Notes: generated from the letters alone by a model not told the origin. 64,000 bases of DNA from Candidatus Marinacidobacterales bacterium (GCA_965226495.1 OZ245365.1:1632001-1696000), one strand, 5' to 3'. Numbered from the stretch's first letter, positions 29,396 to 38,835 are shown. Made by a program: numbers and translations.

Positions 29396-29546
29396 GCACT
29401 AACTAGTCCGTGACAGGAGTCGATTTAGGCAGTAGAATTGCCTGGCTATGAAAGGCATAATAAGGTTAAGTCCATGGACTACCTTCCCGTTTCAAGGGGA
29501 GCCCTGTAGTCGCGAGTCATATTTTTCATTCAGGCGGAGGTGAGCC

Positions 29547-30119
29547 ATCGAAAAATCGGTCCGGGTTAACGAACGGATCCGGGTACGTGAGATTCGGTTA
29601 ATCGACGAGGACGGAACACAAATTGGCATCATGCCTCCCGAGGAAGCTCTCAAGATGGCTCGGGAGAAGGATTTGGATTTGGTTGAGATCGTGGCGACAG
29701 CCCGCCCGCCCGTTTGCCGGATCATGAACTTCGGCAAGTTCCTCTACCAAAGAAACAAGCGCGCGCACGAGGCCAAGAAGCACCAGCGGCAGATACAAGT
29801 CAAGGAGGTAAAGTTCAGGGTGAAGATCGATCACCACGATTATGAGTTTAAGAAAAATCATATCATCCGCTTCCTCCAAGAGGGTAACAAGGTCAAAGCG
29901 ACGGTCATGTTTCGCGGGCGCGAGCGCTCACACGGTGAGCTCGGGGACAAAATCCTGAATCGGCTCATCGGGGAGTTACAAGAAATGGCTACGGTCGAAA
30001 TGAGGTCCAGGATGGAAGGCAATCAGAAATACCTCATTTTGGCACCGAGCAAAGCCGTCATGGAAAAGCTCAAGACTCAGAAGGAGGAGGTCGCGCCAGC
30101 CGCGGAAGCCGAAGCCTGA
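29547..30119 (+). CDS. infC: Translation initiation factor IF-3 (non-canonical ATC start)
   Basis: GGAGGTGA SD then ATC GAA AAA...RVNERIR..EIRLIDEDG in frame with ORF 29631; in-frame TGA at 29541 bars an earlier start. Confidence 0.92.
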   Translation: MEKSVRVNERIRVREIRLIDEDGTQIGIMPPEEALKMAREKDLDLVEIVATARPPVCRIMNFGKFLYQRNKRAHEAKKHQRQIQVKEVKFRVKIDHHDYEFKKNHIIRFLQEGNKVKATVMFRGRERSHGELGDKILNRLIGELQEMATVEMRSRMEGNQKYLILAPSKAVMEKLKTQKEEVAPAAEAEA

Positions 30120-30139
30120 GCAGGACGACAGCGGGGCGA

Positions 30140-30245
30140 GAGCCCTCAGCCGTCACGCAGGTGCTTGCCACCGGAGTGACTCGCCTGGGGGTGGGGCCCC
30201 AGGCGAATAAATGGAAGCCGCGAGCGAGCGAAGAGCGAGCGAGCA
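30140..30245 (+). repeat. Double-hairpin repeat module between infC and rpmI
   Basis: GAGCCCTCAGCCGTCAC...GTGAC, GCCTGGGG-GTGGGG-CCCCAGGC, TGGAAG, GCGAGC runs. Confidence 0.78.
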
Positions 30246-30266
30246 TTAAATAATGGAGAAGCACTC

Positions 30267-30458
30267 TTGAAGATGAAATCACATCGCGGAGCCGCAAAGC
30301 GGTTCCGCAAGACAGCTAGCGGCAAGATTAAGCGTGGACACGCTTATCGCAGCCACATCCTTACCAAGAAGACCACGGGGCGAAAGCGCAAGCTTCGCAA
30401 GGGAGGGTTGGTCTTCAAGGGTGATGCGCGACGCCTGATCCACCGCTTGCCTCGCTAA
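30267..30458 (+). CDS. rpmI: 50S ribosomal protein L35
   Basis: [19 protein letters not shown]...HILTKK; between infC and rplT. Confidence 0.95.
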   Translation: MKMKSHRGAAKRFRKTASGKIKRGHAYRSHILTKKTTGRKRKLRKGGLVFKGDARRLIHRLPR

Positions 30459-30557
30459 GCTCCGTACTAGGAGAGTCAACACCAAAACGTTCGAGATCAC
30501 GCCTGCTTTTCTCTGGACAGGGTAAGCGGCCGAGAACAACATCGGAGTCATAAGTAA

Positions 30558-30917
30558 ATGCCTAGAGTCAAACGTGGAAACAATCGCCGACAACGTCGGA
30601 AAAAGGTCCTGAAACTAGCCAAGGGCTATCGCGGTACCAAGAGCAAGTTGTACCGCTCTGCGAAGGAGTCGGTGGACAAGGCGCTCAGCTACGCGTATCG
30701 AGACCGGCGCGCACGGAAACGCGATTTCCGGAGACTTTGGATCATTCGGATCGGTGCTGCCGCCCGCTCGTGTGATTTGTCCTACAGCACGTTCATGAAT
30801 GGGCTGGCTAAAGCGGATGTCGGGCTCAACCGAAAGCAGTTGGCCGAGCTCGCGGTGCGGGACGAAGCCGCTTTTCGCGAGCTGGCCAATGTCGCGCGCC
30901 AGGCGCTCGCCGCCTGA
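30558..30917 (+). CDS. rplT: 50S ribosomal protein L20
   Basis: MPRVKRG, LAKGYRG and [16 protein letters not shown] motifs. Confidence 0.97.
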   Translation: MPRVKRGNNRRQRRKKVLKLAKGYRGTKSKLYRSAKESVDKALSYAYRDRRARKRDFRRLWIIRIGAAARSCDLSYSTFMNGLAKADVGLNRKQLAELAVRDEAAFRELANVARQALAA

Positions 30918-30969
30918 GGCATTTTCGAGGGTTGTTTTCATCGCCACCCCGATCCTTGGCACTGACGTC

Positions 30970-31284
30970 ATGGCAAACAACGCCGACCCACCGCGGGAGC
31001 TGGAGCTCCTCGGCGAAAAGGTTCGCCAGGCCAAGGAGTTCATCGGTCGGTTAAAGGAGAGCAACCGGGCCCTTACTGCCGAGGTGGCCGAGCTAAAAAG
31101 CCGCCTCGATGGTGAGGAGGCGGGGGAAGGCCAAAAGAAGACCAGCCCACCTCGCCGACAATCCAAGTCGGCTCAATCGGCACAGCTAGAGCTGCTGCGG
31201 CGCGAGCGCAAGGAGATCCGCGAAAAGATCTCTCACCTCCTTCAGAAGTTGGGAGGGGACTCGACCTCCAGTTCGGCGGGCTGA
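30970..31284 (+). CDS. ZapB-like coiled-coil cell division protein
   Basis: LELLGEKV..A...I.RLKE.N..L and ER..IR.KI..LL coiled coil, upstream of zapA. Confidence 0.7.
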   Translation: MANNADPPRELELLGEKVRQAKEFIGRLKESNRALTAEVAELKSRLDGEEAGEGQKKTSPPRRQSKSAQSAQLELLRRERKEIREKISHLLQKLGGDSTSSSAG

Positions 31285-31325
31285 TTAACACCAAGCGCGT
31301 CAGATTCAAACCCCCGCTGTCCATC

Positions 31326-31354
31326 TTGAATTGCCGCGCCTACTCGCCTAGAAT
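31326..31354 (+). promoter_or_regulatory. sigma70-like promoter of zapA
   Basis: TTGAAT-17 nt-TAGAAT. Confidence 0.55.
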
Positions 31355-31393
31355 GAGCCTTGAGTCGGTCGGCCAAACCGACCGCTAACTGCT

Positions 31394-31714
31394 ATGCAAG
31401 AAAAGACGGACTCCAAGTTGATCTCGGTTGAGATTTTTGGTGAAACCTACAAAGTCCGAGGTGACGAAGACCGAGGTTACATCGCGGATCTGGCCCGCTA
31501 CGTGGACTCCAAGATGAAGAGCATCACCGAGTCGAGTGTTACCGGCGACTCGCTGAGAGTCGCGATCTTGGCGGCCCTGAATATCGCCGATGAGTACTTC
31601 AAACTGCAAGGCAAACACGAGGATTCGCGGGCACTTGTGGCCGAGCAGGCAAATGAGTTAACCGAGGTTCTGGACGAGGTTCTCCGGGAAGACCAATCGG
31701 GTGTTGTTTCTTGA
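31394..31714 (+). CDS. zapA: Cell division protein ZapA
   Basis: VEIFGETYKV, LARYVDSKM and VAILAALNIADE motifs. Confidence 0.93.
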   Translation: MQEKTDSKLISVEIFGETYKVRGDEDRGYIADLARYVDSKMKSITESSVTGDSLRVAILAALNIADEYFKLQGKHEDSRALVAEQANELTEVLDEVLREDQSGVVS

Positions 31715-31739
31715 AACTTTCTGGGGAGAGGCATAGAAT
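31711..31739 (+). promoter_or_regulatory. sigma70-like promoter of 6S RNA
   Basis: TTGAAA-17 nt-TAGAAT ending 6 nt before the predicted RNA. Confidence 0.65.
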
Positions 31740-31744
31740 CGAGT

Positions 31745-31917
31745 TGGCCCTGCTTTGTTCGTGATGGGAACATATATTTTGAGCCAACATCTATTTGAAC
31801 GGGTTGTCGAACTCTCACCATGCGCAAGCCTCCTCGCGAGGAAGCCTTAAGTGAGGGGGAGATGACCCACCTAGAAACGAGGTTCAAATAGGATTTCCAC
31901 ACGGCAAAGCGGGGCTA
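31745..31917 (+). ncRNA. ssrS: 6S RNA
   Basis: About 170-nt rod: ends GCCCTGCTTTG / CAAAGCGGGGC pair, TTTGAGCC / GGTTCAAA pair, central bubble; canonical position after zapA. Confidence 0.85.
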
Positions 31918-32114
31918 CTTCAAAACCCGTCTCCCTCCAAGACATACGTTTTTTGAAGCCGCTCCATTCGGATCAAGCCGGGTCGTGAATACTTGAGAAG
32001 CGCGTCTTCACCCGGGACGGAGCAAGCTCACCGTCATCGGTGAAACCCGCTCGGTCGACTTCGCGAAGTGACGCAACTCCTCCTTGAATCTCGCCATCGA
32101 GCCCCCTTCGTCCT

Positions 32115-33185
32115 ATGAAGCTCTCCGACCTTGGTGAAGACCGTTTCTTGGAGCGCGTCCGCGCACGAATGCCGAGGCCCGGGCCGCAGGTGAAGCTCGG
32201 AATCGGCGATGACGCGGCGGCGCTCGTGATCCCCAGCGGCGAACAGGCCTTGGTCTCTACCGACGTGATGGTCGAGGGGGTGCACTTTACACGTCGCACC
32301 CTGCCCCCTCGATTCGTTGGTCGAAAGGCCGTCGCCATCAATGCCAGCGACATCGCTGCCATGGGAGGGCAACCGGTGGCGGTGCTGCTGTCTCTGGCGA
32401 CTCCGCTGGACACCGGGGTCGGGGAGCTCTTGGAGCTCTTCGATGGTCTGATTGCGCGGGCCGGTGAACTCGGTCTCGATCTGGTAGGAGGAAACCTCTC
32501 CTCCTCACTTGGTCCCATCGTGCTCGACGTGACGGTTGTCGGCGCGACACGCAAGGGGAGGCTATTGCCCCGAACCGGCGCTCGAGCCGGTGACGCGATC
32601 TATGTATCCGGAAAGCTGGGCGCTTCGGCTGCCGGCCTCAGCCTTCTCAATGACGGAATGGTCTTTTCGGCATCGGGTGGGCTGGTTGTTCCCAGCGCGC
32701 TACGAGGGGGGCCGCTCCCGTTGGCGGAACAGTGTTTGAACGCGCACATGGAACCGGAACCACGCGTGGAGCTTGGCAAGTTTCTTTGCGAGCGAGGAAT
32801 CGCGAGTGCCTGCATCGATCTCTCGGATGGCTTGGCCCGGGATCTAAATCGCCTTTGCGCGGCCAGCGATGTGGGCTCGCGGATCAACGAGGCGGCCCTG
32901 CCAATCCACCCCGGCGTTCTAGCCTGGGAACGGTTGAGAAAGAAATCGCCGCTGGAAGTAGCCTTGTCGGGCGGGGAAGACTACGAGCTCTTATTCACTA
33001 CGCGAAAGGAGGAGCGGCTCGAGAAATGGAGGGCGGAGTTCGAAACTCCCCTGACACGGATCGGCGAGGTCACGAAGGCTAGCGAGGGCGTCCTGCTGGT
33101 CACGTTGGACGGAGAAAGACGTGCCCTCGAGCCCGCCGGGTGGGACCACTTCCGTACGCGTCGGGCCGGTGGCCGCGTCACATGA
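32115..33185 (+). CDS. thiL: Thiamine-monophosphate kinase
   Basis: GIGDDAA, EGVHF, NASDIAAMGG, IDLSDGL and GGEDYEL motifs. Confidence 0.95.
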   Translation: MKLSDLGEDRFLERVRARMPRPGPQVKLGIGDDAAALVIPSGEQALVSTDVMVEGVHFTRRTLPPRFVGRKAVAINASDIAAMGGQPVAVLLSLATPLDTGVGELLELFDGLIARAGELGLDLVGGNLSSSLGPIVLDVTVVGATRKGRLLPRTGARAGDAIYVSGKLGASAAGLSLLNDGMVFSASGGLVVPSALRGGPLPLAEQCLNAHMEPEPRVELGKFLCERGIASACIDLSDGLARDLNRLCAASDVGSRINEAALPIHPGVLAWERLRKKSPLEVALSGGEDYELLFTTRKEERLEKWRAEFETPLTRIGEVTKASEGVLLVTLDGERRALEPAGWDHFRTRRAGGRVT

Positions 33186-33688
33186 GTGACTCGAAGCTAG
33201 GCCGGCTGCGCGCATTCCTGGGCCAACTACTTCATCTCGGGGATAGCCCCGAGCGCACTGCGTTGGCGTTCTCGATCGGGGTCTTTTTCAGTTTCTCGCC
33301 GTTCGTCGGACTGCACACCGTTATGGGATTGGCCACCGCTTTCCTGTTCAAGCTCAACCGGCTGGCTTTATTGATCGGCGTCTATGTCAATAACCCCTGG
33401 ACTATGGCCCCGGTGGCGTCGCTCGGTACGGCCCTTGGCTTCTACATCCTAGGTACGGAAAACAAGTTTGCCGATGTCTCGTGGAATACGATGCTGACTG
33501 GGTCGTTTTGGAAGGAGATGTTCTCAGATGTCAACAACTTGCTCTTGCCGTTCTTCGTCGGAAATCTAATTCTTTCCGTGGGCGCCGCAGTGCTCGCCTA
33601 CTGGGTTTTGAGGGGGATCCTGATCCGCCATGGAGTCCAGCGTGAGGCTCTTAGTCCAGCGGAGGACGCTTCTTCGCGAAATCGGTAG
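33182..33688 (+). CDS. DUF2062 family membrane protein
   Basis: DSPERTALAFSIGVF...P..GLH and NNPWT motifs; ATGA overlap with thiL. Confidence 0.8.
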   Translation: MSDSKLGRLRAFLGQLLHLGDSPERTALAFSIGVFFSFSPFVGLHTVMGLATAFLFKLNRLALLIGVYVNNPWTMAPVASLGTALGFYILGTENKFADVSWNTMLTGSFWKEMFSDVNNLLLPFFVGNLILSVGAAVLAYWVLRGILIRHGVQREALSPAEDASSRNR

Positions 33689-35114
33689 CCTGCTCGAATG
33701 CGTGGGCGATGCGGAGGATCGTCCCTTCCGCGAAGTGCTTCCCCAGAAGCTGCAGGCCGATGGGTAGCCCGCCTCCACTGAACCCGGCGGGAACGCTGAT
33801 CGCCGGAATGCCGACCAAGTTTGCGGTGATTGTAAAAACGTCGGACAGATACATCTGTAATGGGTCTTCGAGTTTCTCTCCCAACTTGAAGGCTGGCGTC
33901 GGCGTGGTGGGGAGTGCAACCGCGTCCACTTTCTCGAATGCTTGTTGAAAATCACGGGCAATCAGCGTCCGCACCTTCTGGGCCTTGACGTAGTACGCAT
34001 CGTAGTATCCCGCCGAGAGAACATAAGTTCCCAGCATGATACGGCGTTTCACTTCGGCGCCGAAGCCTTCTTCCCTCGTCTGCCGGTACATTTGTTGAAG
34101 GTCTTGCGCGTCGCTGGCTTGCAGGCCGTATCGAACCCCATCGTACCGAGCCAAGTTGGAGCTCGCCTCGGAGGTCGAGATCAAGTAGTAGCAGGCGACC
34201 GCATGCGCGGAAGCGGGCAGATCGATTTCTACTGCCTCGACCCCCATCTCTTCGAGAGTCACGATCGCCGAGCGGTAGCAATCCAGCACGTCGGAATCGA
34301 GGCCCTCGGTAGGAAGCTCACGCGGGACGCCGATCCGAAGTTTAGAGACGCCTCGGTTCAGTTGCTCGAGATAGTCTTCGGTGGGCTCCGCGGCGCTAGT
34401 GGCATCGAGTGGGTCGTGACCGGCCATGACCCCGAGGAGCAATGCGGCGTCTTCGACCGAGCGGGTCAGGGGGCCGATTTGATCGAGCGAGGATGCGAAG
34501 GCCACCAGCCCATAACGAGACACACGTCCGTACGTTGGCTTGAGTCCGGTAACGCCGCAGAGCGCCGCTGGTTGCCGGACCGATCCGCCGGTATCCGTTC
34601 CCAAGGCGGCGGGTACTTCACTTGCCGCGACGGCGGCTGCCGATCCGCCACTCGACCCGCCGGGGACGCGTCCCAGGTCCCAGGGATTGCTGGTGGGATG
34701 GAACGCGGAATTCTCCGTCGACGACCCCATCGCGAATTCGTCAAGGTTGCACTTGCCGACGAGAACCGCTCCCTCCGCCAAAAGCCGATCGATGGCCGTG
34801 GCGTTATAGGGTGGGACGTAGCCTTCGAGGATGCGTGACCCGCAGGTGCACGGAGTTCCCCTCATCGAGATGATGTCTTTGATGGCCAGGGGTACGCCGT
34901 GGAGTTTGCCAGCCGATTCACCTCGTGCTTGACGCTCGTCGAGCTCCTTGGCACGCGTCAGGGCCTTTTCGGAAGTCCGACTCAAGAACGCGCGCACCTT
35001 TGGCTCGAGCCGATCGGTGCGTTCCACGAAAGCGCGGGTCACGTCGTGAGACGATAACGAGCCACTGGCAATCTGCTCGCGAATCTCGGCGGCTGTGAGG
35101 TCCGTCGGATTCAC
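33651..35114 (-). CDS. gatA: Asp/Glu-tRNA amidotransferase subunit A
   Basis: DEFAMGSS, PGGSSGGS, GTDTGGSVRQPA and EVKRRIMLGT motifs. Confidence 0.97.
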   Translation of the reverse strand: MNPTDLTAAEIREQIASGSLSSHDVTRAFVERTDRLEPKVRAFLSRTSEKALTRAKELDERQARGESAGKLHGVPLAIKDIISMRGTPCTCGSRILEGYVPPYNATAIDRLLAEGAVLVGKCNLDEFAMGSSTENSAFHPTSNPWDLGRVPGGSSGGSAAAVAASEVPAALGTDTGGSVRQPAALCGVTGLKPTYGRVSRYGLVAFASSLDQIGPLTRSVEDAALLLGVMAGHDPLDATSAAEPTEDYLEQLNRGVSKLRIGVPRELPTEGLDSDVLDCYRSAIVTLEEMGVEAVEIDLPASAHAVACYYLISTSEASSNLARYDGVRYGLQASDAQDLQQMYRQTREEGFGAEVKRRIMLGTYVLSAGYYDAYYVKAQKVRTLIARDFQQAFEKVDAVALPTTPTPAFKLGEKLEDPLQMYLSDVFTITANLVGIPAISVPAGFSGGGLPIGLQLLGKHFAEGTILRIAHAFEQATDFAKKRPPLD

Positions 35115-35428
35115 GGAATCACTCTAGGGACTTTGATTAGCCCGTCGTTTTTGGCGGGTTTGGCGGGCTGTTTAGATGAGCTGGGTGCGAGGCGGAGCAC
35201 CTCGTCCTGAGGTAGGCACGGCGTTTCTTCGTCCTCACGGAAGGCGTCGTCTCGAAGCAGCGCATGAGACGTGGGCTCGACGCCGTCGGTGTCGAGGGTG
35301 TCGATACCCTCCGCGTAGGCCAGAATCGCTTCCAGCTGCGTGGCGAACTTCTGCTTCTCCTCCACTGTTAGCTCGAGATGCGCGAGCGCCGCGATGTTCT
35401 CGACGTCCTTCTGGGTGATTCTTGCCAT
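35111..35428 (-). CDS. gatC: Asp/Glu-tRNA amidotransferase subunit C
   Basis: IA.LAHL, LDTDGVEPT, FRED and KVPRVI motifs; overlaps the gatA start. Confidence 0.93.
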   Translation of the reverse strand: MARITQKDVENIAALAHLELTVEEKQKFATQLEAILAYAEGIDTLDTDGVEPTSHALLRDDAFREDEETPCLPQDEVLRLAPSSSKQPAKPAKNDGLIKVPRVIP

Positions 35429-35466
35429 GGTCTAGGTCTCGATCCGGTAGTATATACTGTCCGTCT

Positions 35467-36495
35467 ATGGGCACAGAGATGACCCGAGATACCGAAGCTG
35501 CTACCGCTTCGGCCGCTACTAAAGGTTCCGCGACGTCCTCGAAGGACCCGGAAATCTCCGTCGTCGTCCCAGTCTTTAACGAAGAAGGGAACCTGTCTCC
35601 GCTCTTCCGAGAGCTCACGGATGTGCTCGAATCCTACGGCCGTTCTTACGAGATGCTTTTCGTGGACGACGGTAGCACCGATGCTAGTTTCGCCATCTTG
35701 AGCTCGCTGCACAGCAATGATCCCCGTGTTCGGGTGATCCGCTTTCGGCGAAACTTCGGCCAGACTGCCGCTCTGGCGGCCGGATTCGATCATGCCAAGG
35801 GATCGATCGTGGTTACGCTCGACGGCGACCGGCAGAACGATCCGTCGGACATTCCCGCCATGATAGAGAGGCTGGAAAAGGGCTTCGATATGGTCTGCGG
35901 CTGGCGGAAGCAGCGGCAAGACCCGTTACTCTCGCGTCGAATTCCGTCGCAGATCGCAAACCGCCTCATATCGTTCACCACCGGCGTCCACCTCCATGAC
36001 TACGGTTGTACTCTGAAAGTCATGAGGTCGGAGGTGGCAAAGAACATTCAGCTTTATGGAGAGATGCACCGTTTCATCCCCGCCGTCGCGAGTTGGATGG
36101 GGGTAGACATCGACGAGGTCGTCGTTTCTCATCGTCCTCGCCAAGCAGGGCAATCTAAGTACGGCATCACGCGCACATTTCGTGTCCTGCTAGATCTGCT
36201 CACGGTCAAGTTCCTCCTGAACTACTCCAGCCGACCCTTGCAAATCTTCGGCTCGGTGGGTTTCTTATTGGGAGGAACGGGCTTCGTTCTAGGCTGCTAC
36301 TTGACCTGGGTGAAGTACGGGCTCGGCCAGGCGATCTCGGGCCGGCCCCTGCTTTTGCTGGCGATCTTGCTGATGTTCAGCGGACTTCAGCTGGTGAGTT
36401 TGGGATTGCTAGGCGAGCTACTAGCGCGCCTCTATCACGAGACGCGCTCGCGCCCCCCCTATGCGATTCGAGAGATGCTGTCGGCTCAGGACTGA
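35467..36495 (+). CDS. GT2 polyprenol-phosphate glycosyltransferase (ArnC/GtrB-like)
   Basis: VVPVFNEE, VDDGSTD, RNFGQTAA and DGDRQNDP motifs; two C-terminal TMs. Confidence 0.92.
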   Translation: MGTEMTRDTEAATASAATKGSATSSKDPEISVVVPVFNEEGNLSPLFRELTDVLESYGRSYEMLFVDDGSTDASFAILSSLHSNDPRVRVIRFRRNFGQTAALAAGFDHAKGSIVVTLDGDRQNDPSDIPAMIERLEKGFDMVCGWRKQRQDPLLSRRIPSQIANRLISFTTGVHLHDYGCTLKVMRSEVAKNIQLYGEMHRFIPAVASWMGVDIDEVVVSHRPRQAGQSKYGITRTFRVLLDLLTVKFLLNYSSRPLQIFGSVGFLLGGTGFVLGCYLTWVKYGLGQAISGRPLLLLAILLMFSGLQLVSLGLLGELLARLYHETRSRPPYAIREMLSAQD

Positions 36496-36506
36496 GCTCC
36501 CGCCGA

Positions 36507-37538
36507 TTACTCCGTCACTCCGATTTCCACGTTCGAATAGATCGCCCCCTCGGGTGTTTCGAAGCGCATGCTGGCTCCTAGCTCGATGCGATGGACCTGT
36601 GGCGTATAAGGCTGGCGGTACTCGAAGAAGATACGCTCGACGTCATCGATGAACAGCCGAACAAAGGTACGGTTCTCTGATCCTTCCGGTCCCCATTGCC
36701 AACGGAAGTGATGGATTTGGTCGGCCTTCCACCCGAGAAACGCACTGAACCCGTCGATCTGTTTCCCGTTCGAGATCCAGCGGATGCGTAGGTATCTCAG
36801 AGTGCTGGTCGAAGTTCGATCTTGCTTCTGAATGCTGGCGCGAAAGGGATTCGTGGTGAAGTCGCTGCCAGCGCTGGGGTCCCACATGACCACGAGATGA
36901 CGGGCTCCGGAACCGATATTGCCGATAGCCAAACCCGTCATGTCCCACTCTATGTAACCAGCCGCGAGCGTGTCCAGGTTGTAGATAATGTGATTGGAGC
37001 GCGCCTGCACCAACCAGCCTTGGTCGGTGAAGACCCCACCGCGACGTGTCCCAACCGTCGATCCGTTGGTAAGTGGATCGAAGACCAGGACGCCGCCTCG
37101 GGGCTCATTGGATTTGAAGGCGGTGAGTACATCGAAATCCGCCACTGCAGAAAAGGGCCCATCGATACCCGAGGCTCTGGCTCGCGCACGCCAGAAGTGT
37201 TCCCCGTTGCCGAGGTTTACCGTGACCTTCCACGAAGTCTGACCGCTAGCATCCTGCCCTACGCCATCGATCTGGGCGACGATATTGGTGAACCCGGAAT
37301 CGGTGGCCACTTGGAACGTGTATGAGGCCGAGCCACCGTCACTCACCGTTACGTTGGTGACAGTCAGTGTGGGTTTTGTCTCGCTGGTTTCGCTACCCGC
37401 TGCTGGACTTACGATGCCCGGGGCGCCAAGCGTGGTGCTAGGCCCGGAAGGTGAATCATCGCCGCAGCCGTTGAAAAATCCCGCGGCAAGAGTCAGCGCT
37501 GTTAGAAAGAAAAGTCTGTTGTTTGCCAGTTGATTCAT
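36507..37538 (-). CDS. Lipoprotein with Ig/FN3-like and beta-sandwich domains (paralog 1)
   Basis: Lipobox-like FFNG-C; YTFQVATDSGF...HFWRARA...GPFS; similar along its length to 37602-38624. Confidence 0.75.
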   Translation of the reverse strand: MNQLANNRLFFLTALTLAAGFFNGCGDDSPSGPSTTLGAPGIVSPAAGSETSETKPTLTVTNVTVSDGGSASYTFQVATDSGFTNIVAQIDGVGQDASGQTSWKVTVNLGNGEHFWRARARASGIDGPFSAVADFDVLTAFKSNEPRGGVLVFDPLTNGSTVGTRRGGVFTDQGWLVQARSNHIIYNLDTLAAGYIEWDMTGLAIGNIGSGARHLVVMWDPSAGSDFTTNPFRASIQKQDRTSTSTLRYLRIRWISNGKQIDGFSAFLGWKADQIHHFRWQWGPEGSENRTFVRLFIDDVERIFFEYRQPYTPQVHRIELGASMRFETPEGAIYSNVEIGVTE

Positions 37539-37558
37539 CCGTCCCTCTAATAGCAAGT

Positions 37559-37591
37559 GGGCTGAGCTCCCGCATGGAGGGAGCCCAGCCC
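37559..37591. terminator. Intergenic hairpin (terminator or stabiliser) between the paralogs
   Basis: GGGCTGAGCTCCC-GCATGGA-GGGAGCCCAGCCC. Confidence 0.5.
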
Positions 37592-37601
37592 TGTTTGTAT
37601 T

Positions 37602-38624
37602 CTACTTCTCAAAAATTCTGACGTTCGAATAGACGGCGTCGGTGATAGATTCCGCTCGCGCCGCGACCCCCATCTCTACAGTGTGATTACTCGGATTATA
37701 AGGCGGATCGTACTCGATCTCGAGCATCAAGCGGCCGTCGAGGTACAAGAATGCGAAATTCGAGTCGTCGCTGACTGGACCCCACTCCAGAAGCCAGGTG
37801 TAGATCTGGTTCGGATCCCATCGTAGAAAGTTGGTTCCTTCCTCGCCCAAGTCCCCCTGCGAGATCCACCGCATTCGGAGAAATGGAGGGTTGTGCTGTG
37901 GAGGGTGGATCTTCAAGACGTGAACGCGGTAAGCGTTTTCTCGGAAGGCACCGTCTCTGGGGTCCCACATCCCCATCACCATGAACTCGTTGGACCGGTT
38001 GTTCTCCACCTTGAGCCCGGTCATCTGCCACTCAACGGAACCGGCTACCAGCGTTCGAATTTCGTAGCGGAGGAAATCGAAGCGGGTCGTGACCAGCCAA
38101 CCTTCCGGAGTGAGCCTTCCTCCACCTCGCCGGGTGGCTTCGGTCCTGCCGTTGGTGAGCGGGTCGAAGAGGATCTCTCGTCCTTCGGGGTCCTTCACAT
38201 TGACGTTGACCTGGAAGTCCGCCACCGAGGAAAACGGCCCTTCCGTACCACTCGCCACCGCGCGAGCTCGCCAGAAGTGGTCACCCCCGCTCAGTGCCGA
38301 CCTCACTCGCCAGGACGTCTCACCGCTGCCATCCTCTTCCACACCGCCACTCTCGGCTACAATATCGGCGAAGTTGGAATCGGTGGCCACTTGAAATGTG
38401 TAGGTTGCGCCACTTCCGTCGCTTACCGTCACGTTCGCGACGACCAAAGTGGGTCGATCTCCGACGCTGGCGCCATCCGGGCCTACAACCGTTGGCGCGC
38501 TGATCGTAACGCTGACTGATGTCGTACCAGTGTTGCTTTCGTCGCTCCCGCACGCGGCGAGCAAAGCAGCTCCCGCGAGCAGAACGGACGAAGCGACGCC
38601 CCAGCTTGATCGTTCGGCTTTCAT
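37602..38624 (-). CDS. Lipoprotein with Ig/FN3-like and beta-sandwich domains (paralog 2)
   Basis: Lipobox LAA-C; YTFQVATDSNF...HFWRARA...GPFS, FDPLTNG, MWDP; GGAGG RBS. Confidence 0.75.
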   Translation of the reverse strand: MKAERSSWGVASSVLLAGAALLAACGSDESNTGTTSVSVTISAPTVVGPDGASVGDRPTLVVANVTVSDGSGATYTFQVATDSNFADIVAESGGVEEDGSGETSWRVRSALSGGDHFWRARAVASGTEGPFSSVADFQVNVNVKDPEGREILFDPLTNGRTEATRRGGGRLTPEGWLVTTRFDFLRYEIRTLVAGSVEWQMTGLKVENNRSNEFMVMGMWDPRDGAFRENAYRVHVLKIHPPQHNPPFLRMRWISQGDLGEEGTNFLRWDPNQIYTWLLEWGPVSDDSNFAFLYLDGRLMLEIEYDPPYNPSNHTVEMGVAARAESITDAVYSNVRIFEK

Positions 38625-38835
38625 TCTGGTGCTTCCTCCTAAATGGTTGGTAATTCGGCGCGCCGACGGGGTGGTAGTTGGGAATCCCAATAGGGAGCCC
38701 CAGGCGGCCACAAAAGAAGGTAGACTACCACGTGGCAAGGGAGAAGTCCAGAGCTCTCAAAACACAGGGCCCTAAGGGGTTCCGGGGGTGGTCGACACCC
38801 CAAAAGGGCGCGATGACGCCCTGGAGGATGAGGCG

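Noticed and set aside
31973-32114. Possible TPP riboswitch upstream of thiL
   Set aside because: The conserved GCTGAGA and CCTGA...GGATAATGC..GCG elements are not present.
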